Shown here in pieces: positions 1-9,859 of a DNA stretch of 51,021 nucleotides. Source of the stretch: Bugula neritina (lineage: Eukaryota > Animalia > Bryozoa); assembly GCA_964035545.1 (NCBI GenBank), contig CAXIUT010000056.1:1-51021 (forward strand), read 5' to 3'. Both the position numbers and the translations under genes were made by a program. Position 1 is the first letter of the stretch. Each line of letters starts with the position of its first letter. Below the pieces are notes generated by a model that saw only the letters and a list, made by a program, of their open reading frames with translations, was not told where the DNA came from and searched no databases.

Positions 1-185
1 GTGCAATAGGCTTGTGTTTGGGCAGATGTGATTTCCGTTTGCAACGCGAGCAGCAAACCCTTGCTTTCTGAAATGGACAGGCCAACCTCACCAGAGGTGC
101 TAAATTCCTTGTCCAGAACCGCGACCTGATGGTCGTGAACAACGCCGTCTGGATCGGTTAGCTGGAGGGTGATGTGCATCTTCAT
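1..185 (-). CDS. ISKra4-family transposase, N-terminal part (cut by window edge)
   Basis: Matches 38716..38900, the 5' end of the 461-aa transposase. Confidence 0.9.
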   Translation of the reverse strand, partial: MKMHITLQLTDPDGVVHDHQVAVLDKEFSTSGEVGLSISESKGLLLALQTEITSAQTQAYC

Positions 186-760
186 TGTACCTGATCCCTT
201 ACACGCATAATTGTTTGGCGGCTGGTTTTCATATCACGGGCAATGCCTGAGATCGTTTCGCCAGCTGCAAGTTTTTCCTTCACCTCATCTTGCTGATCCA
301 GTGACAGTTTAGGGCGGCGACCAAGAGGCTTACCCTCTGCTTTTGCGCGAGCCAAGCCGGATTGAGTGCGCTCGATCAGCAAGTCGCGTTCAAACTGGGC
401 CACGGAATTGATGACCCCCATTGTCAGCTTTCCCGCTGAGCTGGTCAGATCAACACCCCCCAGGGCAAGGCAATGAACTCGAATGCCGTTTTCTTCCAAT
501 TTGGTTACGGTGCTGGAGACATCGATTGCATTGCGACCCAACCGATCCAGTTTGGTGACAATCAGCACGTCACCCTGTTCCATTTTCTCCATCAGGCGGG
601 CAAAGCCTGGGCGTTGCGCGATGGCACGTGATCCGGAGATCGTTTCAGTAATGATCCGGTGTGGCGCTACTTTGAACCCAGCCGCTTCGATTTCGAGAAC
701 CTGGTTTTCTGTCTCCTGTTCAAAGGTCGAGACGCGGGCATAAGCAAATATTCTGGACAT
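182..760 (-). CDS. Serine resolvase/invertase
   Basis: YARVST catalytic motif, VTKLDRLGR, ERT-SGL-A-G-GR-P, C-terminal HTH. Confidence 0.95.
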   Translation of the reverse strand: MSRIFAYARVSTFEQETENQVLEIEAAGFKVAPHRIITETISGSRAIAQRPGFARLMEKMEQGDVLIVTKLDRLGRNAIDVSSTVTKLEENGIRVHCLALGGVDLTSSAGKLTMGVINSVAQFERDLLIERTQSGLARAKAEGKPLGRRPKLSLDQQDEVKEKLAAGETISGIARDMKTSRQTIMRVRDQVQ

Positions 761-877
761 CGGTGGTTTCTGTTAAAAAATAGATGTCCGTAATTATATG
801 CCTGTCCTGAACTGCGTCAAGATAATATAAGGACACGTTTTTACGCCCCGTCCGAAACCGGTCCTTTTCGAACACGC

Positions 878-1540
878 CTACCACATCTGCTGACGCATCA
901 ATTCTAGATGGCAGCCGTCCCGGAACCCCTGATTGATCCGCTTGCGTGAAAACTTGCTCGCCTGATACGGCTCCCGCGCAACGACACGCTGCATCGCAGC
1001 CTCAACATCGTCGGTCAGCACATCTCGCACCGTCAGACCAGTCGTGTCCTGTTTGGTAAGGCCATCTAGCCACTCAACCATAACGCCGAAGTCCTGCCAC
1101 GCGTCATACCCTCCCGCTTCATCACGGCGGTAAAGATACCCCTCCACTCCACCGCAATCTTCAGGCGGGCAGGCACCAGAACCGCCCGTGCAAACGGGAT
1201 AGGTCTTCTTTGGGTCAGCAGCACCAAATCCCTCGACGCGAATTTCATGGGACCAATGATCTCCCATGTCATAAATATACGAGAAAGTCTCATTCTGGCG
1301 AAAAACAAACTCTGCCAAAGGCAAATCGGGATTTGCTGCAAACAATTCAAACGACCCATACCGCACGGCACGAATGTCAAATTCGTAAAGATGAATGCCT
1401 TCCCACCCCATCGCCACCTGAATAATTCCTTGGAGTTCCCGCAAACTGATTGAAACAGGCACCAGAACACGCCGCCAAATCATGGGGCTGAGCCCCAGCA
1501 AGCGGATCTTCAGTTGAATAATGTTGGCCGTTCCAGACAT
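878..1540 (-). CDS. Plasmid pRiA4b ORF-3-like protein (IS passenger)
   Basis: P-IWRR-VP, GWE-HLYEF, YIYDMGDHW-H, GACPPEDCGG motifs. Confidence 0.9.
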   Translation of the reverse strand: MSGTANIIQLKIRLLGLSPMIWRRVLVPVSISLRELQGIIQVAMGWEGIHLYEFDIRAVRYGSFELFAANPDLPLAEFVFRQNETFSYIYDMGDHWSHEIRVEGFGAADPKKTYPVCTGGSGACPPEDCGGVEGYLYRRDEAGGYDAWQDFGVMVEWLDGLTKQDTTGLTVRDVLTDDVEAAMQRVVAREPYQASKFSRKRINQGFRDGCHLELMRQQMW

Positions 1541-1850
1541 CCAAAATAGATGCCAGCCTCAAAACAAAAACACAATTGCCCCACGCTTTGAGATACTCTC
1601 CAAAGAGTGTGGCAGCAAAAGGGGCTAAACCGCCTGATGAAATCCTACAAAAGCGCGCCACCCAAACTGTGTTCCATGGGTGGCCGTCTGCTCAATACTC
1701 AGGATAAGATCGGTGACACCATCAGCCTGTAAAATAGCTGCGCAACACCCGTTAACCCAACCACTTGCATCCCAGTTGCGGTATGGTTTCTGGGTGGTTT
1801 GCTTTTTCTATTTTCGGGCAAACCTTACCGCAGCGTACGCTTACAAACGG

Positions 1851-2528
1851 TTAACGTTTCAGCTGTTCGATAAAGGCGTGTTCGGCCACAGGACCAATCC
1901 ATTGACGCGATTGCCAGACCTGATTTGACCGCGCATCCAGCGCATAGGTGTTGGTGAACGACATCTCTGCACCTTGGCAAGTTTCCACCACGTCGCGCAC
2001 CTTATACTGGCGCTCCAACTGGGTCAGCGTCTTGGTTCCTGTCACCTGCATTGAACAGTTGGCCGACAGTTTCACGGTTCTATTCTCGCTGTCCAAATAG
2101 CGATGCACACGGGTATAACTGCCACCCTTCAGGGCCGCGGCCACACTGCGGTATGGCATATCAAGCGACATCAGATCGTATCCCAGCCCGCGCGTGCCCG
2201 TCATCAGGCCACCACGCAGATAAACCGCCTGCCCTGTGCCCATGAAATACGTCGCCGTATCGCCGTTGCGCGCCAGCTCGGCCGCCGTGGCTTGGCTGCC
2301 CGTGGCCCCCACAGTCAGACGTATCAGTGGCACTGTGGACTGCTCCACCTGCGTCCGTGTCACAGCCGCCGCCGCTTGGGGGGCATTCTTATTTTTGCGC
2401 TGCTCAAACGTGCCTTTAGCAGTGGCAAACAATTGTTCCGCCAGATCAGGCGCATTGCCCTCTGATCCGCAACTGGCCAGCGCCAAAGCGGCAGCAAACA
2501 AGGCCGAAGTTTTGAACACAGATCTCAT
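1851..2528 (-). CDS. yjbF: YjbF/GfcB-family lipoprotein (group 4 capsule/EPS locus)
   Basis: Lipobox LASC; GTRGLGYDL and VWQSRQWIGP motifs; ATGA overlap with the yjbH stop supports a start at 2528. Confidence 0.75.
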   Translation of the reverse strand: MRSVFKTSALFAAALALASCGSEGNAPDLAEQLFATAKGTFEQRKNKNAPQAAAAVTRTQVEQSTVPLIRLTVGATGSQATAAELARNGDTATYFMGTGQAVYLRGGLMTGTRGLGYDLMSLDMPYRSVAAALKGGSYTRVHRYLDSENRTVKLSANCSMQVTGTKTLTQLERQYKVRDVVETCQGAEMSFTNTYALDARSNQVWQSRQWIGPVAEHAFIEQLKR

Positions 2529-4600
2529 CTCCACACCTTCCCAAAGCTCGCGTTGAGCGTTGGCCTGTCATAGGGCTTTAAGGTTTCATACAGGCGGTTT
2601 TCGATCTTCAAACGTGCGCCCCCATCGCGGGTCAAAGGCCGCAAAACGATGTCCGCAGTGTTACGGCTTGGCTGGCCAAACAAGGACGCCAATGGGATGG
2701 ATGCTGTGATGCCTTTGTCAAAGCTGCCTTCGCCAAAATCTTCAAACGGCACGTCAGTCAGCGTAAAGAACCCGCCCACTTTCCAACCGTTGTTAAACGT
2801 GCGGCTGACAGCAACCGTGCCCCCCACATCGCCCGCCAAATATCGCCCCGCATCGACCTGCGCTTCAAAGCCGCGGCCCAGATCAAAATAGGCAGACGCA
2901 TGGCCCGTCACAACGTCATAATCGCGAAAGCCCAAGCGCTGGTCAAAGTCGCGCTGCTTCACATAGTTCAGCTCGGCCCCAAGCGCAAAGCGGCGCCCCA
3001 CAGGTTTCCACAGAACCTCAGCAGACAGACCGCCAAACATGGTTTCGAAATACCCAGCCGACACACGGCCATACACTTCGGGGGCCACCTTAAAGATGTA
3101 ATCCGCAGTCAAGCGCTCTAGCGCAGGATCGCCGCCTGCGTAATACTCAGGCGCATCGGACCTAACGCGCGGCAGAACAGAATTGTTCGCTCTGGTGCGC
3201 ACGTCAATATTGCCCACGATGGGTTTGATAATCGAGCCTGACACGGAAAACCCTGGCGCCAGATCAAAGCGCCCGCGCAAGCGCAGCCCCACATCAGCGC
3301 GCAAGGGGGAATCCGGGTCGAAAAAGCTCGCACGGATATACGGTTTCAGGCTCCAATTGAACGTTGGATACAAATCAGGTGCATAAACCGCATCTGGATC
3401 CACACGGCGCACTGCGGCCACTTTGGTGCGTGCCTGCAATTGCTCAGCCCCATCGGCCGCATGTTCAAACCGTTCCAGAGCAGAGCGTTGGAAGGTGGTG
3501 CTCAGTGTGGGTAAACCATTTTCCATCGAAATAATCTCGATGGTTTCCACGGAATGCGGCAGCACACGGGTCAGGCCACGGGCCGCCCTCCCCACAGCCT
3601 GCGCGGTGGTGTAATAGGTGGTGTTGCGCACATAAACCTTGGCGTGGGTCGCCTCGACCTTCAGCGCCTCAACCTGCAACTTGCTGGCCTCCAGGACCAG
3701 TTTGGCTGGAGCTTGCAACGCAGTGGACCCCGCTCCTTGCACGGCCCAGGCGGTGTCATACCCCGCCGCACCCCGATCAGGACGCGTGAGCACAGGCAGC
3801 CCCGCCTCTTCTACACCAGAGGGGAAGGAACGACGTTTGGGGTTCAAGGCAAAGCTCAGTTGTACGCCCACTTCGGAACCATAAAGGTAATAGGCACTTA
3901 GATGGGTGTCGTTGTTGATGGCATAGTCCAGACCAAAGTTGATCTGACTGTCCCGTTTAAAAATACTGCGCGACACGGTTTCACGTAAGTATTTGTCGGA
4001 TGAATATTCCAGTTTTGCGTTGAGCCCTTTAATGGGCGTAATCCATTCGATCCCACCAAAGGCACTGACATCCCCGCTGAACCAATCGCCCGCTTGAATG
4101 CTACCTCCTTGGCCAAAATTCACAGTGCGGCGCTCATCACTGAACCGCCCCCAGCCCAAACCCGCTGTCACCTTGAATTTGGGGTGTAGACGCTTGGTGG
4201 CCACGATGTATTCGCCCGAATAGAGCCCTGTGCCAATGAAATCTTGCAAGCCGATAGTAACCGCCGGGCGATACTTGCCCTCGGTCAGAACCTGATAGCG
4301 CAGATCAAAGCTGCGGTCGTATTGTTTACCGTTCCCCACGTTGTTGAACTCTGGGATGATCGAATAGCGAAAGCTGCCTGACAGGCGCGGCAAAATCTGA
4401 AAGCTCACCGTATAGCGTTGTGCGCCCTTGAAATGAGAGGCGGTTGTGGTCAGCTCCCCATCGGGTTGCTGTTCCGCCGAGGGCATTTCAATCAGCCCAG
4501 TTGTGCCATAGGTGTTGAGCGTCGGCTTGGCTGGTTCTGCCATGCTTTGGGCAGGGATCAGGGCCAAAAAACCAAACGTCGAAAGAAGTTTGCACCGCAT
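2525..4600 (-). CDS. yjbH: YjbH/GfcD-family outer-membrane beta-barrel protein
   Basis: GTTGLIEMPSA, DRSFD, GLQDFIGTG, GRYLAGDVG, FGEGSFDKG motifs; signal peptide from ATG 4600. Confidence 0.9.
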   Translation of the reverse strand: MRCKLLSTFGFLALIPAQSMAEPAKPTLNTYGTTGLIEMPSAEQQPDGELTTTASHFKGAQRYTVSFQILPRLSGSFRYSIIPEFNNVGNGKQYDRSFDLRYQVLTEGKYRPAVTIGLQDFIGTGLYSGEYIVATKRLHPKFKVTAGLGWGRFSDERRTVNFGQGGSIQAGDWFSGDVSAFGGIEWITPIKGLNAKLEYSSDKYLRETVSRSIFKRDSQINFGLDYAINNDTHLSAYYLYGSEVGVQLSFALNPKRRSFPSGVEEAGLPVLTRPDRGAAGYDTAWAVQGAGSTALQAPAKLVLEASKLQVEALKVEATHAKVYVRNTTYYTTAQAVGRAARGLTRVLPHSVETIEIISMENGLPTLSTTFQRSALERFEHAADGAEQLQARTKVAAVRRVDPDAVYAPDLYPTFNWSLKPYIRASFFDPDSPLRADVGLRLRGRFDLAPGFSVSGSIIKPIVGNIDVRTRANNSVLPRVRSDAPEYYAGGDPALERLTADYIFKVAPEVYGRVSAGYFETMFGGLSAEVLWKPVGRRFALGAELNYVKQRDFDQRLGFRDYDVVTGHASAYFDLGRGFEAQVDAGRYLAGDVGGTVAVSRTFNNGWKVGGFFTLTDVPFEDFGEGSFDKGITASIPLASLFGQPSRNTADIVLRPLTRDGGARLKIENRLYETLKPYDRPTLNASFGKVWR

Positions 4601-4724
4601 TAAATCAACCGCCCCAAGTAAATCGTCTTTCCCCAGAATATGCCACATCTTATGCCCGATAACTATGCTTAAATTGCAGTGATAAGGCCGTGAAACAACA
4701 AGGACAATAACAGTCTTCAGATAC

Positions 4725-4753
4725 AAAAATGGCGCATGAAATCATGCGCCATT
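4725..4753 (-). terminator. Intrinsic terminator after the yjbE-like gene
   Basis: AATGGCGCATGA-AA-TCATGCGCCATT hairpin with a T-tract on the minus strand. Confidence 0.7.
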
Positions 4754-4777
4754 CTTATGTGTTCCCAAGTAGAAAAC

Positions 4778-5029
4778 TTAGGGTGCTGGTGTCGAAGATG
4801 TCGCGGAGTCATCTGTAACTGTTGCAACAACCGCGGCTGCGATAACGCCACCAATCACTGCTGTGCCAACGGTCACGCCGCCAACCAGAGTAGTTGTTGC
4901 AACGGTTGCTGCTGTCGTTGTTGCTGTCGTTGTTGTTGCTGCCACAACAGCTGTTTCAGTTTGTGCAAACGCAGATGTTGAAGTCAAAGCGACGACAGAT
5001 GCTGCAACGAGTGTGTGTGTGAGTTTCAT
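4778..5029 (-). CDS. Small secreted Thr/Ala-rich protein, YjbE/GfcA-like
   Basis: Signal peptide ending AFA, Thr-rich body, hydrophobic segment; lies directly upstream of yjbH-yjbF. Confidence 0.65.
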   Translation of the reverse strand: MKLTHTLVAASVVALTSTSAFAQTETAVVAATTTTATTTAATVATTTLVGGVTVGTAVIGGVIAAAVVATVTDDSATSSTPAP

Positions 5030-5168
5030 GGAAATTGCCCTATCTAAAAACTATTACGCAACCACTCATCGCAGAGTTGCACCAGAAAAGTCAATAAACG
5101 GTGGTTAAAAAACTGCTATACTGTGGTTATTGAGTGGGAAACTGCTCATAAGCCCATCATCTTGTGGC

Positions 5169-5942
5169 TTAACGGTTCAAAATAATGCGGTAATAGAGCG
5201 CTAGGAACCCAATTCCGAACGCCATCATCACCAAGACCAATCCCAGCACAAACCAATACGATACAAACACTGCGTCATAGGTCGGGTAAAAACCGCGGCG
5301 CATTTCCCCGATGATATGCACCAAAGGATTATACCACAGCCATCCTTGATAAGCCTTTGGTAATGTTTCAAAAGTGAAGAAGATTGTCGAAATAATGAAC
5401 ATGGGCCGATTAACGATTTTCCAGATTTGCCGCCAGACGGGGAACATGGAAAACAGGAAACAGTTCATACACCCCACCGCCAATCCCAATCCCGCCGCCA
5501 TCAACAAAGCGCGCACAATGGATGGAATGTGAATAATAGTGTGGGTTTCAAACAACATCAAAATCCCGATGATCACCACATAAAACACCATCAGATGCAC
5601 CAGCGTGTTCAGCAAAAATCGCGCAAAAATAGCATCCACAAAGGTCACAGAGGGATATTTCAGCAAAGGTTTAGAGAATTTGATCGAATCAGCCGTGCGT
5701 TGCGACACCTGCATATACAGCATGAACGGCAGGTATCCCGTGGCATAAAAAATTGGGAAATTTGTGCCCAAAGACGGCGACCGCAACACCAATCCAAAGG
5801 CCACGGACATCATCGCAATGCCCCCTGCAGGTTCTAAAATGGCCCAGATGTACCCCCCCGGAGATTTGCCGTAAGTGGTGCTCATCTCTCGCAGGACCAA
5901 TGCAAGTATGGTGCGTATCGTTCTGAATCTATTGTGAGGCAT
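5169..5942 (-). CDS. kpsM: Capsular polysaccharide ABC transporter permease (KpsM-like)
   Basis: ALVLREM-T-YG-GYIWAILEP and WYNPLVHII-R-GFY motifs; multiple TM segments; start at 5942 or 5948. Confidence 0.9.
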   Translation of the reverse strand: MPHNRFRTIRTILALVLREMSTTYGKSPGGYIWAILEPAGGIAMMSVAFGLVLRSPSLGTNFPIFYATGYLPFMLYMQVSQRTADSIKFSKPLLKYPSVTFVDAIFARFLLNTLVHLMVFYVVIIGILMLFETHTIIHIPSIVRALLMAAGLGLAVGCMNCFLFSMFPVWRQIWKIVNRPMFIISTIFFTFETLPKAYQGWLWYNPLVHIIGEMRRGFYPTYDAVFVSYWFVLGLVLVMMAFGIGFLALYYRIILNR

Positions 5943-6061
5943 CCACAATCCTACGGCACCAGTTTTTATGAATTGAAATTGGAAAACTGGATTTATCCAC
6001 GGATTGTATGTAGGAACACCCTTGGATATTCAATTATAATCTAGCGCGATAAGGCCCATTC

Positions 6062-7675
6062 TTGACCGATGATGCACCCAAGGGTTCCAAAAGCGAACCC
6101 GCCTCACAGACATCCCCTGCCCCCGCAAAACCTGCCTCTGCCTCCACAGAGCCAAAGGTCGTGGTAGCTGTGACACCAGAGACTACCAAGCCCAAACCAG
6201 ACGCAGCCACCACAGCGCCTGAAACCAACAAAGCAGCACCAAAGCCAGAGGCAAAGCCCAATCCTAAGCCAGAGGCCAAAGCAGCACCAAAGCCAGAGGC
6301 AAAGCCCGCTCCTAAGCCAAAGGTCAAAGCAGCACCAAAGCCAGAGGCAAAGCCCACTATCAAAGCCGCAAAGACAGCGGCCTCGAACGTGGTAAAATCT
6401 CCCGAAAAGCCAGAGGCTGCAAAACCTGTGCCAAAAGCTGCCGCAAAATCAACGACACCAAAGACAGCCACTAAACCGGCAAAGAAATCTGTTACAAAAT
6501 CTGCCCCCAAACCAAAGCCCATGCCTACCCCCGTTGCTCTGCCTGAAACGGGCATAAGCGGGCAATTCCGCACGCGGTTCCGTCATTTCATGATCTTTGT
6601 CACCTTTTTGATCTTCGTGGTGGCACCCTCTTTTGTGGTCTACAGCTATTTGACCCAACGGGCGGCGGATCAATACGCCTCTACCGTTGGCTTTGTCGTG
6701 CGCCAAGCCGACAGCCCTGGTCCCACAGGGGGCGGCCTTTTGGGCAGTCTTGCGTCTTTGGGTGGGGCGAATAATTCGGATTCGGACATCTTGTACGAGT
6801 TTATAAAAAGCCAACAAATGGTTGAGTCTGTTGATAAAACTCTTGATCTTCGAACCATTTACAATCTGCCAGACAATGATCCCGTCTTCACCCTTGGCGA
6901 AGACGCTTCGATCGAGGATCTGATGTGGTATTGGTCTTGGGCGGTGAATGTCTTTTATGATCCGGGCACGGGTCTGATTGAATTGCGCGTGCTGGCCTTT
7001 ACGGCAGATGATGCGCGCAACATCGCGCTTGAGATTTCCAAACAAAGCGACTCGCTGATCAACGAACTCAGCGCCATTTCGCGCGAAGACACCACGCGCT
7101 ATGCCCGCGAAGAATTGGACAAAGCGGTGGATCGGCTGCGCGAAACCCGCCAGACCCTGACCGCATTCCGAAACTCCTCCCAGATAGTGGATCCAACGGC
7201 AGATGTGCAGGGGCGCATGGGGCTGTTGAACTATCTGCAACAGCAACTGGCGGACACGATGATCGAACAGGACCTGCTGCGTGATCAAGCCCGCGAGGAT
7301 GACCCCCGTTTGCAACAATCCCAACGCCGCATTGCGGTCATTCAGGAACGCATCGACGAAGAGCGCCAGAAAATCGGCCTAGGCGACACAGGAACAGGCG
7401 AAGCCGCAGCCGAACTGGTGGGCAAATACGAAGGCCTGATTGTGGATCGCGAATTCGCCGAACAAGCTTATGTCAAAGCCCTGTCGAACTATGACGGCGC
7501 CGTCGCCGAGGCCAACCGCACCAGCCGCTATTTGGCGGAATACATCAAACCGACCACATCCCAAGAACCGCAATACCCGCAACGTTATTTGATTGTCGCC
7601 ATCCTTGCGCTCTTCTTGTTGTTGGTCTGGTTTATTCTGGTGCTGATCTATTACAGCATCAAAGACCGCCGCTAA
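6062..7675 (+). CDS. kpsE: Capsule export polysaccharide co-polymerase (KpsE-like) with a ~160-aa Pro/Ala/Lys-rich N-terminal extension
   Basis: TM, AADQYAS-F-VR, periplasmic coiled coil, P-YP-R, TM, YYSIKDRR; lies between kpsM and kpsT; start codon (TTG) uncertain. Confidence 0.88.
   Translation: MTDDAPKGSKSEPASQTSPAPAKPASASTEPKVVVAVTPETTKPKPDAATTAPETNKAAPKPEAKPNPKPEAKAAPKPEAKPAPKPKVKAAPKPEAKPTIKAAKTAASNVVKSPEKPEAAKPVPKAAAKSTTPKTATKPAKKSVTKSAPKPKPMPTPVALPETGISGQFRTRFRHFMIFVTFLIFVVAPSFVVYSYLTQRAADQYASTVGFVVRQADSPGPTGGGLLGSLASLGGANNSDSDILYEFIKSQQMVESVDKTLDLRTIYNLPDNDPVFTLGEDASIEDLMWYWSWAVNVFYDPGTGLIELRVLAFTADDARNIALEISKQSDSLINELSAISREDTTRYAREELDKAVDRLRETRQTLTAFRNSSQIVDPTADVQGRMGLLNYLQQQLADTMIEQDLLRDQAREDDPRLQQSQRRIAVIQERIDEERQKIGLGDTGTGEAAAELVGKYEGLIVDREFAEQAYVKALSNYDGAVAEANRTSRYLAEYIKPTTSQEPQYPQRYLIVAILALFLLLVWFILVLIYYSIKDRR
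6230..6355 (+). repeat. 48-bp coding tandem repeat (KAAPKPEAKP...) x~2.6
   Basis: AAAGCAGCACCAAAGCCAGAGGCAAAGCCC at 6230, 6278 and 6326. Confidence 0.9.
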
Positions 7676-7679
7676 GCAT

Positions 7680-8333
7680 ATGGTTGAACTGGTCAATTTG
7701 CGCAAATCATATGCTGTTGGCGCCACGGAAAAAGTGGTGGCCGACAATCTGTCTTTTGTGTTTCCCAAAGGAGTCAGCGTGGCGCTTTTGGGGCGCAATG
7801 GGGCGGGCAAATCCACCCTATTGCAGATGATCGCTGGCACCATGAACCCTGACAGCGGAGAGGTCATTCACAACGGCAACGTGTCTTGGCCCGTCGGGTT
7901 TTCAGGCAGCTTTCACGCCGATATGACGGGCGCGCAAAACATCCGCTTTATCGCGCGAATTTACGGCGTCGATACCTCTGAATTGATGGCCTATGTCGAA
8001 GACTTTGCCGAATTGGGCGGGCATTTCCACCAACCCGTGCGCACTTATTCGTCGGGCATGAAATCACGCCTTGCGTTTGGGGCCTCCATGGGGATCAAGT
8101 TTGACACCTATCTGGTGGACGAGGTCACATCCGTGGGCGATGCGCGCTTTAAACGCAAATGCAACATAGTGTTTCGCGACCGCATGCAAACAAGCGGTGC
8201 AATTGTGGTATCCCATTCTATGCCCACACTGAAGCGGCTGTGCGACACAGGCGTTGTGCTGGAAAACGGCCGCCTCACCGCTTTTGACACCCTGCCCGAA
8301 GCCATTGCTTTCCATAAAGAAACCATGGCATAA
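7680..8333 (+). CDS. kpsT: Capsule ABC transporter ATPase (KpsT-like)
   Basis: Walker A GRNGAGKST, signature YSSGM, Walker B YLVDE, SH switch. Confidence 0.93.
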   Translation: MVELVNLRKSYAVGATEKVVADNLSFVFPKGVSVALLGRNGAGKSTLLQMIAGTMNPDSGEVIHNGNVSWPVGFSGSFHADMTGAQNIRFIARIYGVDTSELMAYVEDFAELGGHFHQPVRTYSSGMKSRLAFGASMGIKFDTYLVDEVTSVGDARFKRKCNIVFRDRMQTSGAIVVSHSMPTLKRLCDTGVVLENGRLTAFDTLPEAIAFHKETMA

Positions 8334-8578
8334 AGCATCCTGCCCAAAACCTGAAACACTGTGTGCCCCTAAGGTACAATGAAAACAGATAATTGGTCGG
8401 GTCATTTGTTTCAGAAAACAAAGCCGACGTTCCAGCACAGCGTTGCGCCCTGCCCTATGCGGCGCACGCGCCATTTATCATTTTTAAGAACAATCTTGGG
8501 AAACAGCCCGTCATTCTTATTGGCACTGGCTGCCCTCTTCTCGGATCAGCTGCGCGTCGTTTTTGACAGGAGCTTTCT

Positions 8579-9859
8579 ATGACAACTGCCCGCCTAAAAA
8601 TCCCTTATGTTCTGCCAAGTCAGGCACAAAAACATGTAACGGTAAACGAAGCCTTTGCCGCCTTTGATGGCGTGGTGCAGCTTTCGGCCATTAGCGCGAC
8701 AACCGTCACCCCCCCAGCCTCCCCTGCAGATGGCGACACCTATGTTGTGCCCACAGGGGCCACAGAAGATTGGACAGGCCAAGATGATGCCATCGCCATT
8801 TATGACAAGACTCTTTGGAGCTTTACGCCCCCCTCCGATGGGTTTTTATGTTATGTCATCGATGACGATCGGCTCTATCGCTATCTGGCGGGGTGGGACG
8901 CTCTTCCTGGCACAGAGACGCTGGCGCAACTTGGTATCAACGGCACGGCAGACAGCACCAATCGGTTGCTCGTTCAATCCGAAGGTATCGTTTTCAATCA
9001 TGCTGGCAGCCATCAACGCACCACAGTGAACAAACAAGCCCCGACCGATGACGCCGCTTTCAGTTTTCAAACAGATTTCTCGCCGCGAGCGCTGTTTGGG
9101 CTGTTGGGCTCGGATGATTTCACCTTAAAGACTTCGCCTGATGGCAACACCTATGCCACGGGGTTTTCCGTTGAAGCCGCCACGGGCAATGTTTCTTTGG
9201 GCAACATCACGGATTATTCCAGCGCGGTCACTCTTCACAGCAGCAGCACCCCAGAATTCAGCCTAATCACTGACGTCGAAGATTCCGCAGCCATTAAATA
9301 TTTGGATGCACAGGCTGGATCCTCGCAGAATTGCCGCCTCGCATGGTCCGCTGCCAGCAATGCTTTCACCATTGAAACCAACAACACACTTGCCCTCTCG
9401 ATTTCCGCGAATGGCACCGTGTCACACCCTCAAACACCGACCCTGTCCTACAGTCGAAATACGGATTTGTCCTGGGGTGGAAACACATCCGAAAAGATCG
9501 CGTTTGAAACCCAGCGGGTTTTACAGGGCAATATCAGCATGAACAGCGCCATGGACGAAGTCACAATCCTCCAAGCGGGTACTTATTTGGCAGCCATACG
9601 CATTGTTACCGCCAATGGCACAACGAATTCAGGGGACGCATGGTTTCTGGAGCTTCGCCAAAATGGCAGCAACATAATCGCTGCAGGCACAAACTTGTTT
9701 TGCCCCAACCAAACCAGCGGCACCGGAGTCGAAGCAACGCATTCCTTCACCCTACCAATCATTGCAGCGACAGATGACACAGTCGAAGTCTGGATCGCAT
9801 CTATCGATAGCTCTGCCACACTAAAAGGCGCCGCGCTTGAACTGGTGAAAATCGCTTAA
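8579..9859 (+). CDS. DUF2793-domain protein (GTA/phage tail-fibre-like)
   Basis: N-terminal PY-PSQAQKHVT-NEA and LGIN-TAD-TNRL...KTSPDG segments typical of DUF2793 proteins; beta-rich C-terminus; AGGAG RBS. Confidence 0.8.
   Translation: MTTARLKIPYVLPSQAQKHVTVNEAFAAFDGVVQLSAISATTVTPPASPADGDTYVVPTGATEDWTGQDDAIAIYDKTLWSFTPPSDGFLCYVIDDDRLYRYLAGWDALPGTETLAQLGINGTADSTNRLLVQSEGIVFNHAGSHQRTTVNKQAPTDDAAFSFQTDFSPRALFGLLGSDDFTLKTSPDGNTYATGFSVEAATGNVSLGNITDYSSAVTLHSSSTPEFSLITDVEDSAAIKYLDAQAGSSQNCRLAWSAASNAFTIETNNTLALSISANGTVSHPQTPTLSYSRNTDLSWGGNTSEKIAFETQRVLQGNISMNSAMDEVTILQAGTYLAAIRIVTANGTTNSGDAWFLELRQNGSNIIAAGTNLFCPNQTSGTGVEATHSFTLPIIAATDDTVEVWIASIDSSATLKGAALELVKIA

Larger units (their letters stand above)
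1..1601 (-). mobile_element. ISKra4-family element, truncated by the window edge (same physical copy as 37489..40316)
   Basis: Ends in TTGCCCCACGCTTTGAGATACTCTCC at 1601; carries pRiA4b-ORF3-like gene, resolvase and the 5' end of the transposase. Confidence 0.9.

Noticed and set aside
1634-1640. CTGATGA hammerhead-ribozyme core
   Set aside because: No stem II followed by GAAA in the required position
4736-4981. Cys-rich 81-aa ORF resembling a metallothionein or RiPP precursor
   Set aside because: Arises from TGT/TGC triplets antisense to the Thr/Ala codons of the yjbE-like gene
9644-9782. DGR-type diversification of the DUF2793 C-terminus
   Set aside because: No reverse transcriptase or template repeat on the plasmid, and the substitutions extend into parB
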